Shown here: positions 43,573 to 57,304 of the stretch, in pieces
How the letters are laid out: each line of letters begins with the position of its first letter
Position numbering within the stretch: position 1 is the first letter of the stretch
NCBI GenBank assembly: GCA_001244265.2
Contig: CDLV01000016.1
Span: 682,001-746,000 of the forward strand
Source of the DNA: Microbotryum violaceum
Lineage: Eukaryota
DNA: 64,000 nt
Direction: 5' to 3'
The notes under the pieces: model-generated
Told to the model about the DNA's origin: nothing
Seen by the model: the letters and a program-made list of their open reading frames with translations, nothing else
The model's database searches: none
Made by a program: the position numbers and the translations under genes

Positions 43573-44660
43573 TTAACCCCTAGCGTGGCCGGACGAAAGT
43601 CGTGCCAGTGAATCTTCGCTGGTTTCGGCTTCCTCGATTGAATCGCTCTGACCGACCTGCAAGAAACAATCAAAACCACGTCAGCTTATCTTGGTTTTGT
43701 GACATTGGACCACATCATCTGCTCTGACTGACCGCACGCAAAACCGACTTTTTGCTCGACTCTTGCATCTCGCCCGCTATGATCAATTCATCAAGAATCT
43801 GTTACGAAAGCCGTCGAGCTCGAAGCAAACCGTCAGTTTCAGTTCGAACTGGGCTGCTCCACTTCGAAAGATGAGAGTTACCGAGTACGCTTTTTGGAAA
43901 TTGAAGATTCTGGAGCAATGATGGGCAGACTATTAAGCTTTGCGCAGATGACCGACAGGCTTGGCCTAGAGACGCCGAATGGCTGAGCACCGGACTCACA
44001 AGTCCAGCTCGCAAACATTGCCAAAGTAGCGATCCAAGACCTCGACATAGCTGTTAGAAGGGCAGGCACATGTTCAGTGCACTGGCAACTGAGGCTTAGC
44101 GAGGGTGGGGAAACCAATTACCGATGAATGATCTCAAGTGTTATAAGCTCGTTGTCGCTGTGGCCGATACCAGTGACGAAGAATAGACTTGCATATCTTC
44201 GGTACACCACTTTGGAATCTTTGTGACGAAGACGGATCAGCCGTCGCTTTGTGCTCGCCGACCTCCTAGCCCCGACCGGGCCTCTTCGAGGTTTCCATCG
44301 ATGTCCACGCACCTTTGTACTCGAGGAAGTTGCACATCCGTGTCCGCCGGGCAAGGACAAGTTGTGTCACGTCTTTAATGATCTTATCTGTATATCCAGA
44401 GCATGGTTAGAGACGGTACGTCTGTTCCCGGCCAACGTTGCCGATGAGTAGGAGGATGGAGTTCCACGTGGGTTCTTCTTCTCCCTGGCTAGCTTGTCTG
44501 CCAGGCAGTCACATTGCCATGCACGCGAGGCAATGCCGCTATGCTATGCATGAGGATGCAATGACGCACTCTTGTTCCTAGTCGACATCGTTGTGTACCA
44601 TTTGGCCAGGCGCACCCTTCCTTGCCGGCTGATCAGTAGCAAGAACGAGATACCATTAGG
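43573..44660 (-). CDS. aps1: Clathrin adaptor sigma subunit, AP-1 sigma-like, multi-exon; start codon unresolved
   Basis: [35 protein letters not shown]...[27 protein letters not shown]. Confidence 0.85.
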
Positions 44661-45806
44661 TCGGTCGTGAAGTTGGGTCGACCTGTGAAGAGCATTGGGG
44701 AGGCTGTCAGTGTCCTCCTCTAGCCAATTATTGATGATGGGACCAGCTTCGGAAAAGCGACGTGCATGTGCGTCACAACAATTGTGGCTTGAGTTTGGCA
44801 CCAGATCAGCACGTTGCGCAGATGACAACGGGTCGTGCACGCTGCAGACGCGTCCGCCAACGTCGGCCCTTAAGGCCTTAAGCTCGACGCCCCTCCCTTT
44901 GCCACCTTCAGCCCGCTGCTCTCGCTCGTCTTGGTACCAATGGCTCGTCCTAGCGGTGTTGCAGAAGGCTTTAACCAGTATCGGCACCACGGACCTTTCG
45001 ATATGCATGGCTTTACATGTAGTGATCACTAGTATCAACTTCGTTGAGCCCTCCTGCGGCGCTGGCTTCAGTGCCCGAAGGGCCTTGTAGCGCAGCTTGC
45101 GTCTCAGGCCAAGTCACATGTCAAGACTAAACCATATCCAAATCTCAAGGGATCTCCACCTTGACCTTGGAACCATGGCTTCTCGAACAGCCCACGCCCC
45201 AGCCCCCGATCCCCCATCCTTTTTTTGTCTCCCCCCGCACCGTCCCGCACTCGAGCAGCCAGTGCTTTCGGACCTACTCATCTATGTGCACCCTCTTTGC
45301 GAAGGGACTTATGCATCGGTGACTCGGCGTAAGCTCGAATATCATAGTGGAATGATGTTGTTAGGGCAGCGCGTGGCTTCAATCACTTCGCTCGTTCCTC
45401 ATCTTCCGCCGCCGTTTTCTGACGTGATCAATCCACGCTGGTAAGGCCGTGACCTGGCTCACGGCACAGTACCTGCCTTGATAACGTTCGTTCTGACCTG
45501 CGCACATGGCATCCATCATTAAGACTGTCACCAAGCACCAAAGAGTGTTGACCTATTCCACTGAGGGTCGATTAATTCCGGTAATACCGATTCTGAAGGG
45601 TATTGTCCCGAGCGCGCCTGGGTATTACCGGCGCGCGGTTTTAACCCCACCCAGGGCATTGACTCTCTGACGGGTATTACTCATCTTGGATGGCTATTCC
45701 CCCGGCCTCCGGGTTTCCGTACGTGCAGTGTAGTTATTACCGGGTTTGGGGGTTATTACCACCGCAATACCACCCCATGGATGTCTAGAACTTCTCTCTA
45801 ACACTC

Positions 45807-46013
45807 TGTGAGGCCCGTGCGCCTGACCCTTGGGAAAAGAGATGCGCACACCTGGACACTCTTACTGAGGAGAGACTAAGTGGATCAAGAGGCATTGTTG
45901 TATGAGCGACTAATGTAGAGTGTCCAGTGTCAATCCTACATACTTTGGTCCTGTGATCTTATCGTTGTTGCTCCGGTGTGCTACGGGGTGTATTACACTT
46001 TTTTTTTTCACAA
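45807..46013 (+). mobile_element. Gypsy 5' LTR (45807-45997) plus C-T10 tract; probably the detached 5' end of G3
   Basis: Diverged homologue of the G2 LTR (TGTGAGGCCCGTGCG...GTATTACA), followed by cttttttttttcacaa. Confidence 0.88.
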
Positions 46014-48859
46014 CCAGTGGGAACCCGTTAAATTAACGGGATGATGAAATTCAAAAAATAGCAGGATAATCGAACAGTCTACATGATATCAGCGCAGAGG
46101 TTAAAAAAACACAATACAAAATACAGCAAAGAAACAAAATCCATTCATCTTACATTCAGTCCGAAACAGCCTGCATGTCGCTTGTTGCCGGACTTAACTT
46201 CAAACACTCGTGCAATGAGATCCGGACGGTTGCATGCTTTAACGGCCCCAGTGCAGCCTTGATTTCCGGTGAGTCGGGGTCGTACGTCATCGTGATCAGC
46301 AGCGGAGGCTTTCCATGTTTGACAACGCACGCCATCGCATCCTGGTATCGCTGCCACGTGATGTCGCGCGGTCTATTCGAACGTTGAGCCCAAGGTCATG
46401 GAACGTCCAATTTGGTTCGGGGTCAAGCCGTTGATGCCTTGGGTCGTGGTGAGGCGTAGGTTCTCTTGATGCAGCCGGATTTGTTGAGTCGATCGGTCTC
46501 GACTTGGGAGTACATCCGTAAATCACAGACTCCAGGAAGGGACGCTGGGTGCAATGCGGGATTGAGAAGTACTCGTCGCGTTTGGCAAGTAGTGCGCAAA
46601 GAATGTGAACGCGAGACTCGCCACCTCGACCCCTTTACTTGACCTTCGTCCTAGGTGTTCAAAAGTTCAACGTCAGTCTGTGCTTGCGCCTTCGGCAGAA
46701 TGGAACATCAGAGAAAGAGCCGAAGACGCGTACGTTCGCCATCACCATCCTCTTCGTCCCCTTCCTCGCCGTCTTCATCCTCATTGTCGCGGTCTTCGTC
46801 CTCCTGTTCGTCTTCGTCATCCAGACCGAGACCGGCAAGTACCTCGCGCAATTGGACACCATTGTTGATCTGCTCTCAGTTTCTGGCGATTGGCGGCCTG
46901 GCTTGGTGGAACCCGCAAAGAGGAATGTTGGGGTGGAAGCCATCTTCCCCTGCAGGAAAAAGCAGTGGGTAACGGAGAGGCATCGCAGACGGATGGAGCG
47001 AGCTAACGACTTGGTACTTGCCAAGTGGGCCGACCCTCGGGACATCGATCACCGTGCACCTGGAAAATAAGGTCTTGACGTCCACGATCCCCCGTGTTGG
47101 TGTCGGAATCGCAGATAAGCATCGCCATTTCCGTGCTCGATGTAGGAGGGTTGTGGGTGCGTCGGTGTCAGGAGTGGGTCCAAGCTTTACCACTAGCCTA
47201 AGCTGACCTCAAAGGGGTACAATATCCACTCTGAAAGGAGTGGACAGCTTGGTACTATGTATGGCCAACCCCCAATGAAGCGAGTTAGGAATTGCAGGAT
47301 TACTGGTTCATGACAGTCGGTCCCGGCCTGGCGGGAGGCAGAGGCGCAGGATCCACTCTTTGGCCGTATCCCAACCTGCGCGAGGTTTGGCCGATGCGAA
47401 CTCCCTCACAAAAGTGATTCTTGGTACGCAACATGGACTCGAGCTTGGTCAAAGTAGATCGTTGCATGTGACTGTCTGCGCCGTCGGGTTCAAGTCGAGT
47501 GTCGGTGGCCTCGGCCGGGTTGATCAGCCATGTTTGAGCAAAGGCTGTGCATTGATTCACGGCAGGGATCAGGGCGCCGAGTCGATGGTAGAGGCGACCA
47601 AACACGCGAAACACGGGGGGTCCTAGCGTGCCCACTTGAGTTTGGTCCCAGAGGGCAGCGAGCGAAGTGAACGACAATGCGTTGTTGTAAGACCGGGCAT
47701 TCTCGCAGAATGCTTTAGCGTCTGTGTAGGTGCATCGCACAATTCAGCATGTGGGTCTACTGCAGACGAATGTTGTTGGACGGAGCAACTGACCGCTATC
47801 CGAGCCTTGAAGAAGCTGCCGATACTCGAGATTGGGCTGGGGAGGGGGAGGTAGCCGCACCTTGCCCTGCGAGCAGCCCGTGCTGAAGTGTCTGGTCGAC
47901 TTGGACCTTTCGCACTCCCAGTGCCGAGCCTTGCAGTGGGTGCACACGGCCGTCTGCGGGCCGAGGTCGTCGCGGATCGAAACGTGGGCTTGAGGGGTTT
48001 GAGCGCGATTCGAGCCCGGCGCACTCGCCTTTGCGGAGGTGGTGGTGGGGCGAGCTCAGCGTCGGATCGGCCATCGGGCCCTCGTGGACCACGCTGTTCG
48101 TTCTACAAAGCTGTACGGCGGACGCTTATACGGGTCGTAATACCAACATCGGTCGAGTGGTTGTCATCACGCATGGGGAGCTGATTCTGTTGATCGGAGC
48201 GGGACGAAGAGGAGAGTCGAGCAGCCGGCTCAGCAGCATGCTAGCAGGCGCTGGAGCAAGCTCGAGCAGGCCAGTAGCAGGCCCATGGTCTCCGAGTCCC
48301 ATGGTACAGCGGTACGCTATCCTCGCGCCAGAGACTCGGCGCGGTTGTCACGAAAATTCGATGAGTGGGAGGGAAAGGAAAGAATTAGAGAGAGTATCGC
48401 GGGACTATTTACAGCCCCTGGAAAATCATGTCGTTGTTCAGCCCCTAAAACCGGTGTCGCGTTGTAAACAGTACGTCACGTGATCGACGGCGCATAGGGC
48501 AGCGTAAGCCGCGCCCGCAAAGACAGCGGGACCACGCCCGAGCGCTGTAGAAGAAGCGTCATGCAAACCCACGCGCTTGCTATACATTAAATCCCAAACA
48601 AACTGATCAATAGTTGGGTACCCTGCCAAAAATCAACGAAAATTGTCCTCGGGCTGTAGCTCGACTTTTATGGTGCAGAAGATGTGGAAAGGGTCGTACA
48701 TGACTTCTGGTCGTGACGCCAATATCACAGGCAGGTGCGGCAAACACAATACTGTAGTGGTACATTCACTATAGGCGGCCCTCTGGGCCGCAACACAGTC
48801 AAAAACAGCGATTTTAGGTACTTGGGTCGCGGATCGACCTTTTTTTTATAAAGAGGTAG
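46014..48859 (-). mobile_element. Internally deleted Helitron, copy 2 (inverted relative to copy 1)
   Basis: Reverse complement of 36841-39617 with the same termini (CTACCTCT... and hairpin plus CTGG). Confidence 0.9.
47166..47315. repeat. Same 150-bp solo LTR in Helitron copy 2
   Basis: Reverse complement of 38313-38462, TSD GTCGG. Confidence 0.88.
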
Positions 48860-48923
48860 TTCCGTAGGGGGTTTTCTCGTCTTGCAAATTAGCGATGAGT
48901 TTCATACAAAAAAAAAAAAAAAA

Positions 48924-49045
48924 TCACTTCACTTCACTTCACTTCACTTCACTTCACTTCACTTCACTTCACTTCACTTCACTTCACTTCACTTCACTTC
49001 ACTTCACTTCACTTCACTTCACTTCACTTCACTTCACTTCACTTC
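48924..49045 (+). repeat. (TCACT)n microsatellite, about 24 units, after an A-run
   Basis: Directly visible. Confidence 0.97.
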
Positions 49046-49101
49046 GAAATCGCCCTACCGCAGTCTTCGATACTCGAGTTAACAAGTGATACACCGACAA
49101 G

Positions 49102-51350
49102 ATGTCTACAGGAGACCCTGGGTCCCCACCGCTGGCACCGCCACCACCGGTGTCCGCCACCAGCGTCCAGCCACCTCGTGACCAGATCCCGATAAGCTCG
49201 AAGAAGACGCAAGCCACGGGCCCCGCCACCGCCGCACCCAACTATGCCGCCGCTGCGAGTCAGGCGACTCAGTCACCTGAACAACAGCAACAACAACAAC
49301 AGCGTTCCAAGGCTCTGGGCAGCCTCCTACAAGCCATGGGTGCTGTACCCGGAAACCGCATGGATCGTTGGGTCCAGGCCATCTACTTCGCCGAACTCTA
49401 CCCCGTCGCCACCGCCACATCGCTGAAATTCTCGGCCTTGAACGCGAACCGGTCTGTCGAGAACATCTTTGATTACGCCCTTGAAGTGACTCTGACTCAC
49501 CAGAGCGCCTCGCGAGCGTCTCATGCCGACAAGACCGATCTCGTGGCCTGCGTCACGAGGCTGTTATTGCCGATCTCTCCTATCTGCTTTGAGCCTGGAG
49601 TTCCTCTGCCGGACCACCTTGCAGCCTATCGACCACAGATCCTAGGCGTACAACATTCATCAATCCTGCGTAATGGGGCGGCTCACCATCGCGTTACCGT
49701 TGGGTTCGTCACCGGCGAGGCACGTGACGCTGCGCTTACGACGCCCCCTGCTCTCACTTGGCGATCGGCGAAGGCCCGCTTCGCGAAATCTCACAGGTTC
49801 CACCATAACATGGTCGAGCTTCGAATCAACGTCGGTGTTCAAGGAGTGCCTTCCATGGATGCCATCATCAAATCGTTCCAATTACTAGTGCAGGACTTGT
49901 CAGGCAAGGGACATTCGTGCCAACTTGTGCAGGTTCTGCGCATTATCAGCGTGGACAACGCCTCGGCCTTTGCCCACGTTGCCGGAGACTACTCAGCTTT
50001 CCTACACTTCGATGACGACTCCCTGTTCAAACGCCCTAACACGACCTTGAAAGAGATCCTACCTTCGAGAATCGGCCTTCCCACTCGAGGCATCCCCGTC
50101 ACCGCCCTTCGCCATGACTATGAGAAGGAGGCGGCTTGCGGTAGGTGCCACTTCGTTGGTCACGTGGGAACCTGCGGACTGGATCAGGAGAGCAAGCGAA
50201 AGGAGGCTCACAACGGCAACGGCAACGGCAACACCAACGCCAACAAGAACACCATCACCAACGACACCAACATTGCGGAGGCCGAGGCCCCCATTCCTGT
50301 GCCGGTTGTTAACAGGATCGCATCACAGAATCGCTTCGCCGGGCTCGAGGTTGAGGAGGGACAGGAGGAAGCGGTAACTGGCCAGAGCGGACAGGGGCCA
50401 GAGGAATCGGGGGAGGAGGACGCTGGTGATAAGGCGGATGACGAGGACTCGGAGGACTCGGAGATGGAATCAGAGGCGACCGTGAAAACGGAGGTCATCA
50501 AACTTAAGAGCGAGGACGAGTCGGTTTTAGTGGACTGCGGAGGATCCGATGGAGAGGTGATTGATGAGGACGAGGTGATGGCGGATGGAAGGGGCGAAAC
50601 AGAAGGCAAGGTGGCGACGGAGATGGAGGAAAGGGAGGTGGCGACGGAGGTGGACGATGTGGACGAGGCAGGGGGAGCGACGAAAGCGGAGAACGTGGAA
50701 GCGACGGACTTAGGGGAGACGAACAGGCTGGACAATGACGACGACAGCGACGCAACCGCAACCGCCGCCACCGCTTCCCGCGAAACGACACCCCACGAAC
50801 CAACCCCACCTTTGTCACCCGAAACTCTTGCCAAGTCGCTTCGCGAGGGGAGGAGTGGGACAGGATCAGAGCTAACTGGGTTGAGCAGGCACGACTCGAG
50901 CGGGACCAAAGCATCGAGAGGAGGCTCGACGCTGAAACCCCTTTGGTGCGTCACAACTTTGCCACGTGGGATGAGGACGGTGAGATACGTTCCATCAATA
51001 TCAGGGGGACCGCTTCGAAGTTCAAAAAGCCGGTAATGAAGAGGTCGCAGACTGCGGCGGACCTCAGTGACCCGAGTGACGAACCGACCGACGCCAAGCG
51101 AGTGATCATCAAAGGGAAGAGCCGCGTCGTTGTCAAGGATGGAACAGAGGGGCGGAGGGTGACGAGGTCGATGTCAGCGGCGGCGGCGATGCCGGTTGGC
51201 GTGACGAAAGTGGACCGAGGGAAAGCAAAGGGGGTAGCCGAGGAGAAAAGATGGTCCGACCACGAGCCCGAGGACGATGTCCTGCCCGCCCTCCCCCTCT
51301 TTGAGGACGTCACCACCGCCAAGAGCGCTTCGACCTCAACTACCCATTAA
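49102..51350 (+). CDS. LINE ORF1 (CCHC-like knuckle, acidic tail; frameshift near 50945)
   Basis: [13 protein letters not shown] motif. Lies directly upstream of the APE ORF. Frames 49102-51036 and 50943-51350. Confidence 0.75.
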
Positions 51351-54300
51351 TGATTAAGCACACCATCATCACCTGGAACGTGAGGAGGGGCATGGGGGTC
51401 CCGGAGAAACGACGTGACATTTACAACTACCTATCCCTTTTCAAAGCATCGGCCATTCTCATACAAGAGCACTTCATCAGACCGCACCTCTGGCAACTCA
51501 TCAAGGACGAGTACGAGGGCAAGCTCTTCATCAACCAACATTGCCTGACTCTAATTCCGGCTGACTCCCCCCTGATCGACGCCGAGCTCTTGCGCACCCA
51601 CTCGGCACTCGACGGCCGGCTCCTCGTCACGTCCTTTCGACTGCGGGGCGACATCAAAATTCTAGAAATCAACAACGTTTACGCGCCCGTTGACCCAAAG
51701 CAACGAGCGAAATTCTTTGACAAACTCTTATTTCACAAAACACAGAAATCCCACCTCCGACTCCTTGGCGGTGATCTCAACGACTGCCCGCGCCCAGAAG
51801 TCGATCGGCGGAACCAAAGTCGGCGCGGCCACCACTGGCCAATCCTGATCGGCAAGCTCGACTCGGCCTACACGGACTGCATCCGCTACAAACACCCCAT
51901 CACCCCATCCTTCACTCGACCTAATCCCAATCGCAAGCGACCCAACTCCTTCTCCCGGCTTGACTACTTTCTCCTGCAACGGACACACCAAAAAAGACTC
52001 GATCAGGCCTCGACGATCTACGACTATCCCAAGGAGCTTTCCGATCACCGACCGGTCTTGATTGTGCTGGCTCTCTCAGACGATCCTGATGCGACCCTCC
52101 CACAGCTCAGCCTACCTACCACATCAAACCAACTACATCGAATCAACACCACAACCTTTAAGACGGTGGAATTCCAGCGGATGATGGAAGGATGGTTGGA
52201 AGGGGCAAGCGGGGAGGAACCGGTGGGGGAGCTCGAGGTCATTCTGAAGGCGTGCAGGGATAGGGGTGGGGAGATGGCGAGGAGGCTGCATCGGGAGCGG
52301 ACGGAACGGATGGAGTATTTGGTGGGGAGGGTGCAGGATCTGGAGGCGATACCGGAATGGGGGAGGCGGAAACGGCAGGATGGACAAGGACGTCCGAGGA
52401 ACTCAAGCGGGCGGTCGAGGAGCGCGCGCGCCTACTCCGGATCCGAGCCCACGTACCCGAGATCGCCTCCGAGGAACGACTGTCGCGGCCGGTCCACGCC
52501 AAGCTCGCGGCGCGGAACTCGGACTCCAAGATCACAGCACTGCGCTTGAGCAACGGAGAGCTAACGCATGACATTGATGTCGCTCTTGACCACACGCAGG
52601 CGCATTTCCAGCGCCTCTACCGCATCGAGCCTCGTGACCCGGACCGCGTCGACCGACTTCGGGACGAATTCCTCGCGCCGATCAGGGCGGCGCGGACTTG
52701 CGACGACCCGCGCTCGGATCCTCTCTTTCTGCGCCGACTCTCGGAATCGCAGATCGACTTACTCCAGCGACCAATCACCGAGGACGAGGTCGTGGCCGCG
52801 ATCGGGACGACGCACCCGGGGCGATCGCCGGGACCGTCGGGCGTGCCCTACGAACTCTACCAGACCGCACCCAAGGCGTGGGCCAAGGTGCTGACCAAGG
52901 CCTACAACACGATGATAGAGCGAGGCTCACTCTCTCCCAAGCAGGGCCAAGGACTCGTGCGCCTCATCTTCAAGCGACACAAGAAGAATGCCGATCGCGC
53001 CGAACTTTCGTCGTACCGGCCGATCACCCTGCGCGAGTGCGATTACAAGATCTTTACCAAGGTCTATGTCGCCCGTTTGAACCAGATTCTACCCGATCTC
53101 CTCCCGCCGCAGCAGCACGGATTCGTCAAGGACCGCCGATCGGCTGACGCTGCACTACACCTTCGTCTCCTGATCGAGGAAGTTGGCGCGCGCAGGACCG
53201 AGTTCCCCGCGGCCGCACTCTTATCTCTTGACCAATCGTCCGCCTACGACCTCGTCGAGCATGACTGGATCTTTGCCATCTTTGACGCTCTGGGCGCTCC
53301 TGCCACCTTTCTTCGCGTGCTGATGATGCTCTACTCGGGTGACTCGACCTCGGCCCGCTACATCATCAATGGGTTCTTGACGGCGCCGGTACGACTGACA
53401 TGTGGGCTCGGCCAAGGGGACCCGGCGTCGTCGTCGGTCTGGGACATCGTGTTTCAGCCGTTTCTGGATGCTCTACACCGTCGAAACATCGCGCTGAATC
53501 TCTCCATACCTGCACTTCATCCGTACCCACAGAGCCGCGCCATTACATCGCTTGCTTTTGCCGATGACGTTGTCGTCGCCGTCGCGAGCTTGGGGTCACT
53601 CAACTTGCTCGATGACCTGGCGCTCGACTGGAGGCATGCAACGAATGGCCGGCTCAACACGGACAAGACGGTCGTCCTACCGATCGGACGCCGCTGGGAC
53701 CCGGGGCAACGCCCGCTCGTCGTCAAGGCCGCAGGCGAGTCGCTCGAGTGGATCGGCCTCCCCTTCGACCCGAGCGGCGACACCGAACTCGCCTACGCGA
53801 ATCTCATCGAACGCCTCGAGGCGACGCTGGAAGGGGTTCAGCATCGCTGGCTCACACACCACACCCGTGCCTTTTACGTCAATCGGTACGCCATCCCCAA
53901 GATCCTGCACTTCCTTGCAGCCGACATCCCGCCGCCCGAAGTCGTCAAGAAGCTCGATGACATGCTCGTCGATTTCGTCCGTGGGGGCAAGGGCAGGACC
54001 AGCTACGGCAGAGATATCGTGTTCACAGCCAAGCTCAAGGGGGGACTCGGGGTGATCAGGATGCAGGACGTCGTGTACGCGGTTGCGGCACGGATCTGGG
54101 ACGTTCTTCTCGGCGGTTCGGGCGCGATCTGGCAAGGACTTGCGCGCGCGGCACTCCAGCGAGCTCAGTCCGACCTCGACCTGGCCACCGATCTCTGGCC
54201 ACATCCATCCACTCCCATCCCCAGCGACCTCCATCCCCGATGGCGAGCAGCTTTGGGGGTTCCGAAACAGCAAGACGCGCAGGTCAACCCGAGGACCTTG

Positions 54301-55368
54301 ACCACCGCGAACCTGCTCGCGCTTCCCACCTTGCTCGGCAGCCTCCACACCCCCATCAGAGGGAGACAGACCATCGACGCGGTTCATATACCTGACTACC
54401 TTCGTCTCCAGGGCTACCCGAAGGTGGCGGATCTTTACCGGCGCGAGTTGTATGCGGGTGGGGGGTTTCACCTTTGGACGCCGCCGGCGGATGTGCTCGG
54501 CGACAACAGCGAGTACGATCGACGCGGGCTCCCGCAGCGACTGGCAATCGCGGCCTGGTACCGGTTCACTGTCGATCGACACAAGAACACGCCCTTGGCG
54601 GTGGCGGTGGCGGCAGGACGGCTCAACGTGCCTCCACGGATCGGCACCAGCGCACCACTCGAGGCGATTCTCCCCAAGCCCGTGGCCCGCTTCGCAATGG
54701 AGCAGCGCCTTCCGGACCCGGTGCTTCCACAGCAGGCGAGCCAGTACAAGCTGCTGAACATGGCTCGACCGTACACCATCCGTCGCATCCGCCGGGTCCT
54801 GAACGCGAAGGCCTTTACCAACACGCTCGGGCTCAAGGGACCACCGCAGCCGGACGACCTCAGGAGCTTTTGGAAGGCGGTCAACTCGAAGGCACTGACG
54901 GCGAGGGAGAGGGAAGTTTGGTTCAAGCTGATTCTCCGCTTCACCCCGACGCGCAAGCTGCAACACCAACAGAATCACGACACTTCTCCCGCGTGCCTCG
55001 TCTGCAAAGCGCCGGTGGACGACACCGACCACTACTTTTTCGACTGCGTTGACTCTGGGAACGTTTGGATCGCGGCAAGGAGCGTGCTCTGCGACGCACT
55101 GGGGCTCGACACGATCGACAACACACATTACACGGCTGTTCAACGCATGTTCGGACTTCCGAAGCTCAAGGCCAGTCTACGCGATCAAGAAGGAGCGGGG
55201 AGGACGATCGAAATATTCACCGGGCTGGTCTTGGAGATGATCAGCAGTGGGAGGTGGGGGATGCAAAAGTGGGGGACGAGGATGGAGGGTGTTGGGAGGA
55301 GGAGGATCATCTTGGAGGAGAGGTTGAAGCTGAGGGCGGGAGGAGCTTGGGGGAGGAGAGGGCAGTAG
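51350..55368 (+). CDS. LINE ORF2: APE endonuclease, RT and C-terminal Cys-His finger (frameshift in a G-run near 52360)
   Basis: TWNVR, QE, GDLN, RLDY, SDH; SPGPSG, YRPITL, QGDP, FADD; CLVC...HYFFDC. Confidence 0.93.
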
Positions 55369-56029
55369 AGGCTGGGTTCGACTTTCCCCCCACCACCACT
55401 ACACACACACACACACCAAATTCTCGTGACATCATTTTCTCCTACTGTACACTAAATAGATCGCTTTCATCTTTCATTTGTTACAGGTTCATCGTTGCGG
55501 ATCATGGACCATCTCGCGATTTGGCGTCGACTCGGTGTGGCTCGCGCTCTTCGGCTTCGGGGTTCTGAGTCAAGGGAGGGATCAGCGGACACAGGCAGAA
55601 AGTCGGCTTTGAGGGGCCAGGGACTGCCGATGGGGGAGGTTTTGAGGGACCTTCACCGCGTCTTGTTGTGACTGAGCAGAGACTTGGAGCGTCGAGGGTC
55701 GTGGTGGTTGCGCAGTCGTGCTCTTGTCTTCGTCTCGACCGAGTGGGAAGTGGCTGTGGGGTGGGCCTTCTGTCGTTAGTACATTTCTTTTCTTTCTTTT
55801 TCTCTTCATCTCTCTTTCTCTCTCTCATTAGTCTCCGGGGGGGAGCAACCGCTTGGCTAGGGCATTTGAATCTGAATCTCGGATTGGTGGACTTGGCTCG
55901 TTTCTCGCACTTTTGCGGGCGGTTTGTGTTATCATCGTAGTCTTCCATCTAGTTTTTCCGTAGGCCAAAACAGGGGGAACAGGAACTGGGGGCAATATGA
56001 TGAACGTTTTCTACAAAAAAAAAAAAAAA

Positions 56030-57304
56030 TACATTCTCCGTCGCATCCGCAAAAAAAAAATCCGCCGAGTCCTGAACGCGAAGGCCTTTACCAACACGCT
56101 CGGGCTCAAGGAACCACCGCAGCCGGACGACCTCGGGAGCTTTTGGAAGGCGGTCAACTCGAAGGCACTGACGGCGAGGGAGAGGGAAGTTTGGTTCAAG
56201 CTGATTCTCCGCTTCACCCCGACGCGCAAGCTGCAACACCAACAGAATCACGACACTTCTCCCGCGTGCCTCGTCTGCGAAGCGCCGGTGGACGACACCG
56301 ACCACTACTTTTTTGGCTGCGTTGACTCGCGGAATGTCTGGATCGCGGCAAGGGGCGTGCTCTGCGACGCACTCGGGTGCGACACGATTGAGGACGCCCA
56401 GTACACGACACTGCAACGGCTCTTTGGCCTCCCCAAGCTCAAGGCCAAGCTCAGCGAACAGGAAGGGGCGGGCTGGACGATTGAGATCTTCACGGGGATG
56501 GTTTTGGAGATGATCAGCAGTGGGAGATGGAGGATGCAGAAGCACGGGACGAGGATGGAAAGCGTGGAGAGGAGGAGGGTGGTACTGGAGGAGAGGATGA
56601 AGTTGAGGGCGGGAGGAGCAAGGGGCGGGCGAGGGCAGTAGAGGCTGGGTTCGATTTCCCCCCACCACACCCCACACACACACACACCATCACGCTTCAT
56701 CTTCCAACAAAACACTGTATACTAAATATCTTGCTTTCATCTTTCATCTATTACAGGTCTGCCTTCGTTGCTCATGGACCGGCTCGCGATTTGAGATTGA
56801 CTCGACGGTGACTCGCGCTCTTTGGCTTTGGGGTTCTGAGTCAAGGGAGGGATCAGCAGACACAGGCAGAAAGTCGGCTTTGAGGGGCCAGGGACTGCTG
56901 GGGTGGAGGTTTTGAGGGGCCTCCACCGCGTCTTGTTGTGACCAAGCATAGACTTGGGACTTCGCGGGTCAGGGTAGCTGCGCAGTCGCTCTCTTGTCTT
57001 TGTCTCGACCGAGTTGGGAAGTGACGGCGGGGTGGGTCTCTTGTCGTTAGTCAATTATTTTTGTACTCTTTCTCTTTCTCTCTCTCTCTTCTTCTCTCTC
57101 TCATATTCGTCTCCTGGGGGGCGCAACCGCTTGGCTGGGGCACTTGAATCCCAAGTATCGGATTGGTGGACACCGGCCCGTTTCTCGCATCTTGCGGGCG
57201 GTTTGTGTTATCATTGTCGACTTCCATCTAGTTTTTTCCGTAGGCCAAATAGGGGGAAAATGAATTGGGGGCAATATGATGAACAGTTTTCTACAAAAAA
57301 AAAA
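56030..57304 (+). mobile_element. 5'-truncated related LINE in tandem
   Basis: Homologous to 54775-56029 and ends in poly(A). Confidence 0.92.

Larger units (their letters stand above)
48924..56029 (+). mobile_element. Near full-length L1/Tx1-like LINE
   Basis: Two ORFs, ~650-nt 3' UTR, poly(A) ending at 56029. Confidence 0.92.

Noticed and set aside
48882-49089. LHFTS-repeat peptides
   Set aside because: These are translations of the microsatellite.
53677-55143. Long antisense ORFs (488 aa here, also 8040-9008)
   Set aside because: Expected shadow frames of GC-rich coding DNA, with no recognisable motifs.
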